From positions 19,096,001 to 19,160,000 of the forward strand of contig OX597840.1 of assembly GCA_951406725.2 (NCBI GenBank): a stretch of DNA of 64,000 nt, in the 5' to 3' direction. Positions 13,421 through 27,639 of the stretch are shown in pieces. This DNA comes from Octopus vulgaris. Lineage: Eukaryota. The notes below the pieces were generated by a model, which was not told the DNA's origin, ran no database searches, and saw only the letters and a program-made list of their open reading frames with translations. A program made the translations under genes and the position numbers. Within the stretch, counting starts at the first letter, position 1. The number at the start of each line of letters is the position of its first letter.

Positions 13421-14203
13421 ATTAAAACACATTAAGAGGCTTCCAAATAGGAAAGCCTTGTGCTAGAAAGAGCAGTAGAAAACTCAATCCATTAATTAGG
13501 GATAAATTCTTGAAAAGAATGAAAATTAAAAACGTTTGCCATCTAATTTAGTTCCTAGACCATGGTTTCTGACTAATTCCAGGAAAAGAAATATTTACTG
13601 AGGCTAGTCTTCGTCAGTAGGGAGCCTTTAGATTTCAAATATACACACAACTAGAAATAATAATTTCTATAATTCTTATTACCCTAATATTATTTATTAT
13701 GTTTAAATATTTTTTGATAAATTTCTTCGAAATTTGACACGTACAACGTGGTCATTAACCTCCTCTCCATAACTGACCACTTCCAAGACAGTATTTGAAT
13801 AATCGACTATCAAATGATTTCCGAACCAATTTACTTTTGTTTTTGGTTCGTTTGATATTTAGTGACTTAATTATCTTAATTAATATTAATCAATGACTAA
13901 CACTGAATTAGTGGATATGTTGCAGATCGGATTACATTAACGATATGAGAAACATTAACAAACAGCTGTCAGCAATATTTCTTTAGCTGTTGAGACGGCA
14001 GGACTTTTCATTTGCAAATATCCTTTTCATATTTTGGCATTAAAATGAGACATATAATCGATTTGTTTTGTTTTTGTTTTTTGAGTTCTTCAACTATAAT
14101 TAAAAGAAATCTTAGGATGGGGCATTAGGGTACTAAATAATATGCCGGAGGGTGGAAAGTACCCTATTTTTAGTGACTTGATAATGAATAATTAATGATT
14201 ATT

Positions 14204-14435
14204 TGTCTCTTTATTACCCATAAGGGGCTAAACACAGAGAGTACAAACAAGGACAGACAAACGGAGTAAGTCGATTACATCGACCCAAGTGCGTAACTGG
14301 TAGTTAATTTATCGACCTGAAAGGATGAAAGGCAAAGTCGACCTCGGCGAAATTTGAATTCAGAACGTAACGGCAGACGAAATACGGCTACACATTTCGC
14401 CCGGCGTGCTAACGATTCTGCCAGCTCGCCACCTT
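14204..14435 (-). mobile_element. SINE family M with 19-bp target-site duplication
   Basis: TGAATAATTAATGATTATT at 14185-14203 and 14436-14454. Confidence 0.9.
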
Positions 14436-14729
14436 TGAATAATTAATGATTATTATTAATATTAATAGTGTTATTAAGACGGTGAGCTGGCAGAATCGTT
14501 AGCACGCCGGGCAAAATGCTTAGCGGCATTTCGTTCGTCTTTGCATTGAGTTCAAATTCAGCCGAGATTTATCGTTATCTTTTCGGTGTCGATAGAATTT
14601 ATACCAGTTGAGTACTCACCTGCTCCTAAATTGCAGGCCTTGTGCTAAAACTTGAAGCCAACATTAATGTTGTTATTAAATTCATATTTATGAATACGCA
14701 CACACACGTATGTATATGTGTATGTGTGT

Positions 14730-14804
<75 letters not shown>

Positions 14805-15290
14805 CGTGTGTGTGTATGTGTGTGTGTATAAGCGTAGCGTTGCCAGTGGTTATTTGCTACTGACAAAATCCAGCTACTCAGAAACGTACAACAAGCATTC
14901 CAAATACCGCTGCTGGAAGATTTTCGTATGCTACTGATATATTTTTGTATTGTTTGACATTGCATGTCCACAAGTCATATCTCAGGACGAAACCCGCACT
15001 TAACTTGGCTTTCCGTGGTGTACTTTACATTAAGTTTGATAAAATATTTATTCATTCTTTTACGTGTTTCAGTCCATTGAGTGTGGCCATGCTGGGGCAC
15101 CGCCTTGAAAGGTTTTAGTCGAACATATCGACACCAGGACTTGTCTTTTAATGCGTGGCTCTTATCCTATCGCTCCGTTTTGCCGAACCGCTACGTTACG
15201 GGGGCGTAAACACACCAGCGCCAGTTGTCAAGCGATGACGGGGCGAACAAACGCAGAAACAAGGCCACACACACATAGATACATACATAC

Positions 15291-15343
<53 letters not shown>

Positions 15344-15392
15344 TGCATATATATATATACATATATATATATACACATGTATACATATATAT

Positions 15393-15442
<50 letters not shown>

Positions 15443-15456
15443 ATATACATATACAT

Positions 15457-15510
<54 letters not shown>

Positions 15511-15511
<1 letters not shown>

Positions 15512-16280
15512 CTAGCTTAAGGTGACCTGCTCTACGCGCGGGTAAGAGTGTGGTTGTTACTTTCTGTTGCTTCCTTTCTGTTTTTTTATTACCACATTCT
15601 CCCTCTTTGTTTCTCTCTCCTTTCTCTCTCACTTTCCCACTTTCTTACTCTTCATTTCTCTTGGACTCTCCTTCGCTTTCTCCTACTCTCTATCTTTCTC
15701 TCTCTCCCCCATTTATAAACAACAAAAGATCTTGAGTAAGTTGAGAAAGAATATATTTTGAAAAATCAATCATAAATATCAGGCAGTGACAACGGAAAGG
15801 TCTGCTTCAAGGCAGACAGCAAAACACTAACATTTAAAAGGGACAGACGAACTTGCGAGCTGAATAAAAATAAAAAAGATATTGGAAACAAAAGTTTGAA
15901 GGGATAGAATCTGAGGATAGTAGAGTCACCATGGCTGGCATTTCTTAACGACGGACAGCGCTGGTGAATGCGGCGGGGGAAAGATAGTAGACGCTGTCAA
16001 GCGACGTTATAGAGAGAATGTGATGGGAAGGGAGGAAACAGAGAGAGATGGAGGAAGACAAGCAGATAAGAGAATGGGAGCAGACTTGTCAAAGTGTGCG
16101 TTTTTTCCCCCAGTAACCACACCTTTTAAGATAGGAATTTCTCTAGCCCACTCTCATCCTCACCTCATTTTACATGTCCTTATAAATTTTGGAGTCAATC
16201 CGACGGGATCTAGTGTCCTTTAACCCGTTCCAATGCCAAAAATAGACAAACAAACTTTTCGCATTTCAGATTTATAGATA
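15511..16280 (+). mobile_element. Non-autonomous Helitron/HINE-like element
   Basis: Starts ACTAG followed by subterminal hairpin ACCTGC-TCTACGC-GCGGGT; ends AAATTTT...AATCCG...AGACAAACAAACTTTTCGCATTT...TTATAGAT; follows a (TA)n tract. Confidence 0.55.
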
Positions 16281-16281
16281 T

Positions 16282-16599
16282 TGATGCAAACCATCTTCTG
16301 CAAGTTCTTTCATTCAAACATTCTTTCCCATAAACTGAGTGTAGATTTCGAGTTGCTTTGGCTGCAGAGTGTCCTTTTTGTGCTCATAAAGCGTTATGTG
16401 CCTTAAATGCTATTCAGATACTTCCATGTTAGAAAGAAATTTTAATTCTATTATTCTACAAAATAATATTTAATTAGTTTAAACGTACACAAATGCATCA
16501 AAATAATTTTCAATTCCATTCGACATTCTAAAATACTATTAAATTTCATTCAATTTTAAAAAAGGTAAAATCGGACAGAACTTATGGGATGACCTGACA
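16282..16599 (-). mobile_element. Mariner 5' fragment (TIR + transposase N-terminus)
   Basis: Minus-strand MEVSE*HLRHITLYEHKKGHSAAKATRNLHSVYGKECLNERTCRRWFA; TIR-like TCAGGTCATCCCATAAGTTCTGTCCGATTTT. Confidence 0.8.
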
Positions 16600-16923
16600 C
16601 AAAGCAGTTTCCACTCCGCAGAACAAGTGTATTAAGGTGTTGTCGTGGGATTGAACCTCAGTTGTCTCCCTTACGCACAAAATTGATTCCAGTAATATGT
16701 CATTGAGTTGAAGGAATCCTAAACTCAATGAAAAATTGTTTCTATTTTAATATTTAATGCGTAAAATATTAAAAATTTCAACATTAAATTAAATATTGGT
16801 TTTCATCTGGATGTCGATTCAGTGTAATTAAATTCACGAATTTATTTTCATGTGTATGTATATGCGCGTATGTGTCAGTGGGTGAAGGTACGAGCGCGTG
16901 TATAAGTATATTTATTTGTTTAC

Positions 16924-16989
<66 letters not shown>

Positions 16990-17272
16990 AGTTACGTATG
17001 TATTGTCGTTTTGTGATTGGATGAACAAAAATTACACAAAAATATAAATATTTATGTTTAATTTTCTTTAGATTTTCATTCTCTTAAGAAGTATTAACGA
17101 CACCATAAAAGCTCAGATTTAATAATCTGAATGTAGACAGGATGTATACACAGACGTAGACACACATTTCCCCCCCTCCACCACCATGTATAAATTGCTA
17201 TGTATATACATATATATATATATGTATATATATGCATACATATATATATGTATATATATGTATATATATATG

Positions 17273-17304
<32 letters not shown>

Positions 17305-17381
17305 CCTGTATATATATATATATATGTATGTATATATGTGTGTGTGTGTGTATACATATATATGCACATATCTATGTATCC

Positions 17382-17431
<50 letters not shown>

Positions 17432-17833
17432 ATATCATATATCATATATATCATGTATAATATATATATATACATATATACTTACATATGTATATATACA
17501 CGCTTATATATGTCTACATATATAAATATATATTTACACACATACGCACACATACACATACACAAACACATGTATAAGTATTTATATAAATCTATGTATT
17601 ACATTTTCATTTCCCCAGGACTTTAATTACACAATTCAACATCTTCAAAATATTGCTTAACAAACATCAGTGATGCCAAACTTCAAACAAAGCACGACCG
17701 TCGTATAGAAGTCTTATACCCGTACGCTCATCTGTATCACATATATGCTACCATATACATCATAAGCTAAAATACAAGATGCAGGAATATGGAAACATTA
17801 ATGTACGTCAAATCTGAGACATTTGCACAATTG

Positions 17834-18235
17834 AAGGCGGCGAGCTGGCAGAATCGTTAGCACGCCGGGCGAAATGCGTAGCCGTATTTTGTCTGCTGTT
17901 ACGTTCTGAGTTCAAATTCCGCCGAGGTCGACTTTGCCTTTCATCCTTTCAGGGTCGATAAATTAAGTACCAGTTACGCACTGGATTCGATGTAATCGAC
18001 TTAATCCGTTTGTCCTCTCTGTGTTTAACCCCTTGTGGGTAGTAAAGAAATAGGTATTTCGTCTGCCGCTACGTTCTGAGTTCAAATTCCGCCGAGGTTG
18101 ACTTTACCTTTCATCCTTTCGGGGTCAATAAATAAAGTACCAGTTTCGCACTGGGGTTGATGTAATCGACTTAATCTCTTTGTCTGTCCTTGTTTGTCCC
18201 TTCTATGTGTAGCCCCTTGTGGGCAGTAAAGAAAT
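17834..18235 (+). mobile_element. SINE family M, ~1.7-mer tandem
   Basis: Full unit followed by a second unit lacking the head. Confidence 0.88.
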
Positions 18236-18440
18236 ATATACACACACATAGAAGCGCGAATTCCGCATTCGTATACGGAGACAGGCCTTGTGAATGCGCA
18301 TACGTATATTCGTATAGCAAATGCGTATATTCGTATAGCAAATGTTATGCAAATGCGGTTAGACTAATTTAGTTCTGACTGGTTTGCGCGTAATACAAAT
18401 AGTTATAGGCTACATTACATTCTCTATATAAGGAATGAGG

Positions 18441-18672
18441 AAGGCGGCGAGCTGGCAGAAACGGTAGCACGCCGGGCGAAATGCGTAGCCGTATTTCGTC
18501 TGCCGTTACGTTCTGGGTTCAAATTCCGCCGAGGTTGACTTTGCCTTTCATCCTTTCGGGGTCGATAAATTAAGTACTAGTTACGCACTGAGGCCGATGG
18601 AATCGACTTAATCGCTTTGTCTGTCCTTGTTTGTCCCCTCTGTGTTTAGCCCCTTGTGGGTAGTAAAGAAAT
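18441..18672 (+). mobile_element. SINE family M with target-site duplication
   Basis: TATATAAGGAATGAG on both sides. Confidence 0.9.
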
Positions 18673-18731
18673 ATATATAAGGAATGAGTAACAAATGTTG
18701 CAATATCTTTTGTCCTACTGTTGAGTATTGT

Positions 18732-19320
18732 GAAGGCGCCTGGCTCAGTGGTTAGAACGTCGGGGTCATAATCATGAGGTAGTGAGTTCGATTCCATGAC
18801 CAGGCTGTGTGTTGCGTTCTTGAGCAAGAAACTTTATTTCACGTCGTTCCACTTCACTCAGTTGTAGAAATGAGTTGCGACGTCACTGGTGCCAAGCTGT
18901 ATCAGCCCCTTTGACTTTCCCTTGGACAACATTATTGGCATGGAGAGAGGAGGCTGGTATGCATGATGATGATGATGATGATGATATATATATATATATA
19001 TACACACATTATTCACACATTCATGAGGTTGTGAGTTCGAGACCCAGACCGGGCTGCGTGTTGTGTTCTTGACCAAGACACTTTACTTTACGTTGCTCCA
19101 GTTCACTCAGTTGTAGAAATGAGTTGCGACGTCAGTGGTGCCAAGCTGTATCGGCCCCTTTGCCTTTTTCCTTGAATGACATGGGTGGCGTGGGATGGGG
19201 AAACTGGTATGCATGGGCGACTGCTGGTCTTCCATTAATAGCCCAGCTCGGATTTGTGCCGCGGAGGAGACCTTTCCAGGTGCAATCCCCCGGTCACTCA
19301 TGACAGAAGTGGGTCTTTAC
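18732..19320 (+). mobile_element. Two CORE-like family C SINEs, tail type 2
   Basis: Same head and core as 11384, then GTTGCGACGTCACTGGTGCCAAGCTGTATC tail in both copies. Confidence 0.78.
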
Positions 19321-19502
19321 CGGGTTTTTTTACAGCTGCGCATGGCATCTATTAATTCAGATGGGTACTTCAATGTGGTGTGTGTGTGTGTGTGTGCATA
19401 ACAGAGAGAATATACGTGTATAGCTTTTATCTTTCATCATCAAACTGCGGCCATGCTGCAGCACCAACTTGAAAGGTTTATATATAATATATATATATAT
19501 AT

Positions 19503-19880
19503 ACTCTTTACTCTTTTACTCTTTTTCTTGTTTCAGTCATTTGACTGCGGCTATGCTGGAGCACCGCCTTTAGTCGAGCAACTCGACCCCGGGACTTATT
19601 CTTTGTCAGCCTAGTACTTATTCTATCGGGATCTTATGCCGAACCGCTAAGTGACAGGGACATAAACACACCAGCATCGGTTGTCAAGCGCACACACATA
19701 TATATATATACATATATATGACGGGCTTCTTTCAGTTTCCGTCTACCAAATCCACTCACAAGGCTTTGGTCGGCCCGAGGCTATAGTAGAAGACACTTGC
19801 CCAAGGTGCCACGCAGTGGGATTGAACCCGAACCACATGGTTGGTAAACAAGCTAATATACATATATATATACATATATA

Positions 19881-19941
<61 letters not shown>

Positions 19942-20405
19942 TTACTTGTTTCAGTCATTTGACTACGTTCGCGCTGGAGCACGGCCTTAAGTCGAATAGA
20001 TCGACCCCAGGATCTATTCTATCGGTCTCTTTTGCCGAACCGCTAAGTTACGATCACATAAACGCAACAGCATCGATTGGGAAGCGTTGGTGGGCGGACA
20101 AACACAGACGCGCACAGATACACAGACACACAGACACACAGACACACACACACACACACACACAAACACACGCACAATTATACGCACAAACACACATACA
20201 CACAAATATGCACACAAATACGCATACAAATATATATATATATATATGCATTGCATGTAGGCGTAGGAGTGGCTGTGTGGTAAGTAGCTTGCTTACCAGC
20301 CACATGGTTCCGGGTTCAGTCCCACTGCGTGGCACCTTGGGTAAGTGTCTTCTACTATAGCTATGGGCCGACCAAAGCCTTGTGAGTGGATTTGAGAAGC
20401 CTGTC

Positions 20406-20449
<44 letters not shown>

Positions 20450-20636
20450 GTCTGTATACGTGTTTGTGTGTCTGTGTTTGTTCACCTAACATCGCTTCAC
20501 AACAGATACTGGTGTGTTTACGTCCCCGTAACTTAGCGGTTCGTCAAATGAGACCGATAGAATAAGTCCTGGGGTCCATTTGCTCGACGGTACTCCAGCA
20601 TGGCCGCAGTCAAATGACTGAAACAAGTAAAAGAGT
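19503..20636. mobile_element. Cluster of family A SINEs (19503-19855 -, 19940-20110 -, 20258-20636 +)
   Basis: Matches to 54-480 on both strands. Confidence 0.85.
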
Positions 20637-21373
20637 ATATATATATATATATATATTACATATATGTATGTATGTATGTATATACGTACATACATATATA
20701 TGTGCGTATATATATATATAAATATGTGTATGTGTATATATATATGGACATATATATATATATATATATATATATCTTTACATATATGCAAGCTATGTAT
20801 ATAAGCTCATAGACATACATGCATACATTTGCCCACCAGCTGACACAGACCATAAAAACCACAGCACCACATGAAAACACAGTCGAAGTCGACGACGACG
20901 ATTTCGCTGTAAAACATTTTGACTCATGGCGCCAAACAATCTTCAAGACATGTTTTTTTTTTTCTCGTCATTTTCCTTCCATTGTATTAAGTCTTTGAGT
21001 TCAGAAAATATTGATGACACGGAAGAATTTTAATTATTGTTATTATTCTAAGATAATGGAGTTGCAAATGAAATCTGTTTAGGTTTTATTACAGAGGCAT
21101 TGTGCAGGAGAAAGCAATAAGATTTCTTAACATGGCTCCGAGTGATGGCGAGAAACGCTGTGCTGTTTTGCTATTGATGTATTTGTGCATGTATATATTC
21201 ACCACGCAAACGTAGACACAAATATATAGATTCCTGTTTGTCTGTATGTGTGTGTAAGTGTGTCTGTGTATACATACATATATTTATATATACACATACA
21301 TATATATACATATACATATATGTGTATGTTTATTCATCTATATATCTCGCTATACTATACTATATATATATAT

Positions 21374-21424
<51 letters not shown>

Positions 21425-21655
21425 GTATATATGTACATTATATATATGGGTATATTTGCACGTAAAGATGCATAAACACGCAAACACACATATCAATGTA
21501 TATATACAAATATATGAAATATATATATATATATATCCAAACAAATATATGTACAGATATTTATGTACATACATACATAAATATACTCGTACATACACAC
21601 ATAGTACTCACGCATACATATAAGCATATATATATGCGCGTGTGTGTGTGTGTGT

Positions 21656-21697
<42 letters not shown>

Positions 21698-22043
21698 ATG
21701 TATGTATGTATATGCATATATATATGTTTCTATATCTATAAAAGAGCGTTTGAATGTCTATGTGTGTGCACGTATGTTCGTTATGCATTCCAAAACCGAG
21801 TTGCCGATTCAATAGTCTTTTGGTTACCAATTAAACTATATTTTCTTTCACATATTTGCATTACAAAAATTCACCATTGTCATTTTTCTTTTAGCAGTTT
21901 TGTTTGAGTTTATAAGTGATGAGATGCCGGAGCAGGCTTCTGCCCCGACATCCGAAACTCAGACTAATTGTCACATATTCTTTTTATAGGTAAATTCCTC
22001 TATTTTACATAAAATCGAGGTTTTATTCATTCTTTTGTTGTCA

Positions 22044-22079
<36 letters not shown>

Positions 22080-22201
22080 CCTCCTCCTCCTCCTCCTCCT
22101 CCTCCTCATTATTATTATTATTATTATTATTATCCTCCTCCTCCTCCTCATTATTATTATTATTATTATCCTCCTCCTCCTCATTATTATTATTATTATT
22201 A

Positions 22202-22257
<56 letters not shown>

Positions 22258-22373
22258 ATATATGTATTTATATATACATATATAATAAATATACACCCCC
22301 AAACCGAAGAACAAACAAAATAAAAAACAACGCGAGGATGTGGTACATGCAAAGTATTAGCAGACGATCAGGG

Positions 22374-22412
<39 letters not shown>

Positions 22413-22454
22413 CTGTTTGTTTATGAGTGTATGTATGTGTGCGTATGTCTGTCC

Positions 22455-22486
<32 letters not shown>

Positions 22487-23017
22487 CTCTCTCTCTCTCT
22501 ATCTATATATATATATATATATATATATGTCGATAGATAGATATTAAGTTTTTGGGTCATAATAATAAAGTCTTCACATGTATCTGAAGTTACCAATGAA
22601 AACTCTCATCCCCTCAAGGGATGTTTTGTCTGTTTTGCCTTTTGTCTGTTTTCGATACTTTAACACAAGCGATCCATTCTGCACTCAACTGGAAAAGAAG
22701 CCAACGGTATCTTCTAAAATATACCAGAGCTACAAACATATACATTCCCCCCCCTCTCTCTCTCTTACCTTCTCTCATTCTCTTTCATATACACATATAC
22801 ACATACACTCAGAAGTTCTTGACTGCTTATTTTTCTCAAAAGAGAAAACCCGTATCCACATTTCAAGGCTTGTTTTGCATATATGCAAATCTAGTCTCAT
22901 GCAAATTTTACTACATACATACATACATACATACATACATACATACATACATACATACATACATACATACATACATACATTTATACATACATACATACAT
23001 ATGCATACATGCATACA

Positions 23018-23051
<34 letters not shown>

Positions 23052-23381
23052 CATACGTACATACATAGCTACATACATATATACATACATATATATATTT
23101 ATATATATGTAAATATATACATAGACCTGCATATAAAAACATATATTCCTCTCTCTATATATATATATACACGCACGCACGCGCACACACACACACACGA
23201 ACACACACACATATATATATACATACATACATACATACATACATACATACATACATACATACATACATACATGCATGCATTCTGATAATCTCTCTGACTG
23301 TCTATATTTTTATTTATCTATACATCTCCACACACACACATACATTTATATGTATATGATATGAACCGTTACACACACACG

Positions 23382-23418
<37 letters not shown>

Positions 23419-23475
23419 GTAGATAGATAGGCAGATAAATAGATGATAGATAGATAGGTAGATAGATAAATAGAC

Positions 23476-23521
<46 letters not shown>

Positions 23522-23593
23522 AGTTATGTATATATGTTTATAGGTGGATTGATAGGTAGGTAGGTAGGAAGATAGATCGATAAATAGACAGAC

Positions 23594-23688
<95 letters not shown>

Positions 23689-23939
23689 CATAATTGTATA
23701 CCGAGTCAGACAATTAACTCTTCTCGGTCAGTTGAGAATTTGGCAAAATGTATACTGACGGAAGTGACATATTTTAAAGCAAATACAATCACCGTCTCAT
23801 TGCACATTCTGTACTTCGCCTAAATCTAGATTTTTTCATACACACAAATAACAAATATATTCATATATTCGTAGGTATATTCATACATATATGTATGTAT
23901 ATATATATATATATATATACATACATATATTTACTAATT

Positions 23940-24025
<86 letters not shown>

Positions 24026-24391
24026 CAGTTAATCCAAACAAGAAAACAAGAAACAACAACGCAAGGATGTGGAACAAATCAACAAACACACGCACACACA
24101 CATATAGATATAGATATACTGTGATAAACTATGACATATATATACGTAGACTGGTACGCATGCGCATGTAATTGTACGGAGAGAAAAATAACAGTGTATG
24201 CGTATTTCCGTCTTGGCTTGATACGACTTTCAAACTTCCCAACATATTGAATTCTGTGTGAGATAGTGTTTGCACTAAATAACGGTGGTGCTCCAGCATA
24301 GCCACAGTCAAATGATTAAAACAAGTAAAAGAATAAAAGAACACACACACACACACATACACACACGCACACACACATACACACACACATA

Positions 24392-24431
<40 letters not shown>

Positions 24432-24490
24432 ATATATATTAAAACAGTATGACGTACTTACGTGTACACATACACGCTCACGCTCGCGCG

Positions 24491-24531
<41 letters not shown>

Positions 24532-24721
24532 AAACACACGAATCCTCACTTAGAGTGAATAAATTCCCATGAAGAATGAGAAGTTTTCAAAAATACGATA
24601 TCGTTTTAACGCTTTAATGAGAAGAGAAAGCACAACGTTTCGCACTTTAGCTCTTTGTTGGAAGGAAGAGTGAAACACAGGGGTAAGAGAAACGTATAAT
24701 CCGTGTGAGCAAAGTGCACAG

Positions 24722-24754
<33 letters not shown>

Positions 24755-25612
24755 CATACATACATATACATACATACATACATACATACATACATACATA
24801 CATACATAAACACACACACATATATATATATACATACACATACATATATGTATATATGTATGTATTTATGTATATATATATATTCATAAGATACATATAT
24901 AGGGTAGCGAATATTCATTTATAAATATCACCACTAGTGGCCTAGCATGTATAAATAGTCAATAGACAACATATTCATATTTTAAGGTAGTGTACATTTA
25001 AACACAAAAGAAAATTACCCTTTAACAGGTAATTTTTACATGCAAGAAGAAGCAGCCAAAACACAGCCAAAACCACAATTTAATAGCAATTTTCGAAGGA
25101 AATGAAAAATTAAAACTTTTAGCTAGTTATTTTTATTTGCGGTTATACCATGGTTTCAAATTTCTTTAGCAAATAAGATTATATATATACATGCATATAT
25201 ACATACATACATATATACACACATGTCTGTATGTACGTATCAGAATTATTAGCGACGATAGCGGTTTAAGTACCTAAAAGTAATCAATGCTACGTATCTG
25301 TAGTATGTTTCTGCAGAGTATCTGATAAATTCATTAACAGTAACAACGCCATAATGTTGTATATTTAATTCACCAAATTTACGCTGCTCCATAAAATATA
25401 GAATTGAGTTAAGCAACATCATGTACGTCTACATGAAACAATGTCGTTTTACAATGGGTGCAAACCAAACTAATACTATTCCACAATGTCAACCCGCCCT
25501 TTCCGTTGATCGATCTCGTCACTTGCTTCGTCAGCAGGCTTCGGCAGACGAGATAATTCATTTGAATGAATCAACCTACGAACGCAACGAAACGAAAAAC
25601 GAACGAAAATAC

Positions 25613-25668
25613 CTTTTGTTCTTTCAAATTTCTTGTTTTAAGTAAATCTGCCTCCAGGTTTTTCAACT
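25613..25668 (-). CDS. Candidate 56-nt internal exon of a host gene (coiled-coil-like peptide)
   Basis: TTTATTCATTTCTTCAG acceptor, AAG/GTATTT donor, single open frame (E)LKNLEADLLKTRNLKEQK. Confidence 0.3.
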
Positions 25669-25764
25669 CTGAAGAAATGAATAAAGAAGACCGATGCAGG
25701 TGGAAATGAATATTGGATTTCATGTAAACTATATAGAGTGGTTCACATTTTGATCGACTGTATT

Positions 25765-26193
<429 letters not shown>

Positions 26194-26356
26194 CCTGAAA
26201 GAGACGTGCTTCTATTTGAGGCCTGCGAAACTTTATGTCGCATAGAACCAAATGAACTATACTGATTTAAATAAGACATAACACATACCTCGTACTAAAT
26301 GAATGTGTTGATAGCCATTTTCTTTCGCTTGTCCATGCATTCGTGTGTGTGTGTGT

Positions 26357-26418
<62 letters not shown>

Positions 26419-26582
26419 ACTGAACGCACCAGATGTCTGTACACCTTTTTGCCATAAGAGAGATATATTTTTCACGGTTATTGCATTGTATTTGCCTTTT
26501 AGCTGTTGAAATATGCCACAAACCTATTTGAACTAACCTATATTTTGCTTACGTCTAAACACTGCTCAGCGCAAAAATTTCG

Positions 26583-26642
<60 letters not shown>

Positions 26643-26645
<3 letters not shown>

Positions 26646-26824
26646 ATCCAAACATGAAAACACATCAACGCGAGGACGTGGAACAAATATAGTGTTATTG
26701 GACGCACAGAAAAGAAAAGAATGAGGATTTAACGCGGAGCTCTTCGTCAGAAACATAGAAAAAGGAAAGATCCAAGGAAGGGAAGACGGAGGAAAAAAAT
26801 CGCCAACGATACACACATGGTCAC
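26643..26824 (-). mobile_element. Family HA copy 4, HHR inactivated by deletion
   Basis: Minus strand reads GTTTCTGACGAAGAGCTCCGC then GTTAAA; TCGAAAC is missing. Confidence 0.8.
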
Positions 26825-26862
26825 ACACACACACACACATATATATATAATATATAATATAT

Positions 26863-26910
<48 letters not shown>

Positions 26911-27565
26911 ATGTGATGGGCAGTTGGTTTTAAAATGTCATATTTGGTTAGCCCTAAATGAGGTTTGCAAGATGATCTCCACATCGCATAGAATCAAATG
27001 GAGAGTGGTCAAAACCACGCCATATGTTAATGCATTTCAGAAATGCAACCGATGCGTAGCAGAAAGATCGCACATTCTCTTTAGATCCAAGAATTCTCCT
27101 TCACATGAACAGATGAATAGGCAAACATATGATTAGGTCTCTATAGACGAGCTGGAAGATACCATCCGCTCCGGATTGAGTTGCAATCTCACAGACTTTG
27201 GTCTCCCTTCTGTTATATTATTCTGCACCAGATACATTATTTATGGTTTCTATAGACAAAGAGGATGAAGATCTTGGCTTTCTTACTTTTCTTTTCTTAC
27301 TTCTCGCTCCACGTTTGCATCAATTTGTTTTTTTGCACTTTTCATCTCGTTTTTTTTTCTTTTTGGCATTTTTTTTACACTCTTGCGTTCTGACCTGAAG
27401 GATTGCTTGAGACACACATGGCGTGTTTTATAAATCTGCCAATTTCAAGTGTCATTAAGCATGAACCTATTAGCAGCACTTTAGTAATTTTCTATTAAGT
27501 TCAAATACACACATACGTACATACATACATACATACATACATACATACATACATACATACATACA

Positions 27566-27632
<67 letters not shown>

Positions 27633-27639
<7 letters not shown>

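Noticed and set aside
26194-26255. CTGAAAGA...GAAACTTTATGTC hammerhead-like string
   Set aside because: Core spacing is off and no stem I can form.
27215-27400. Minus-strand Lys/Arg-rich frame VRTQECKKNAKKKKKRDEKCKKTN*CKRGARSKKRK (basic protein exon or Sec read-through)
   Set aside because: In-frame TGA, composition explained by T-runs, weak acceptor and no SECIS seen.
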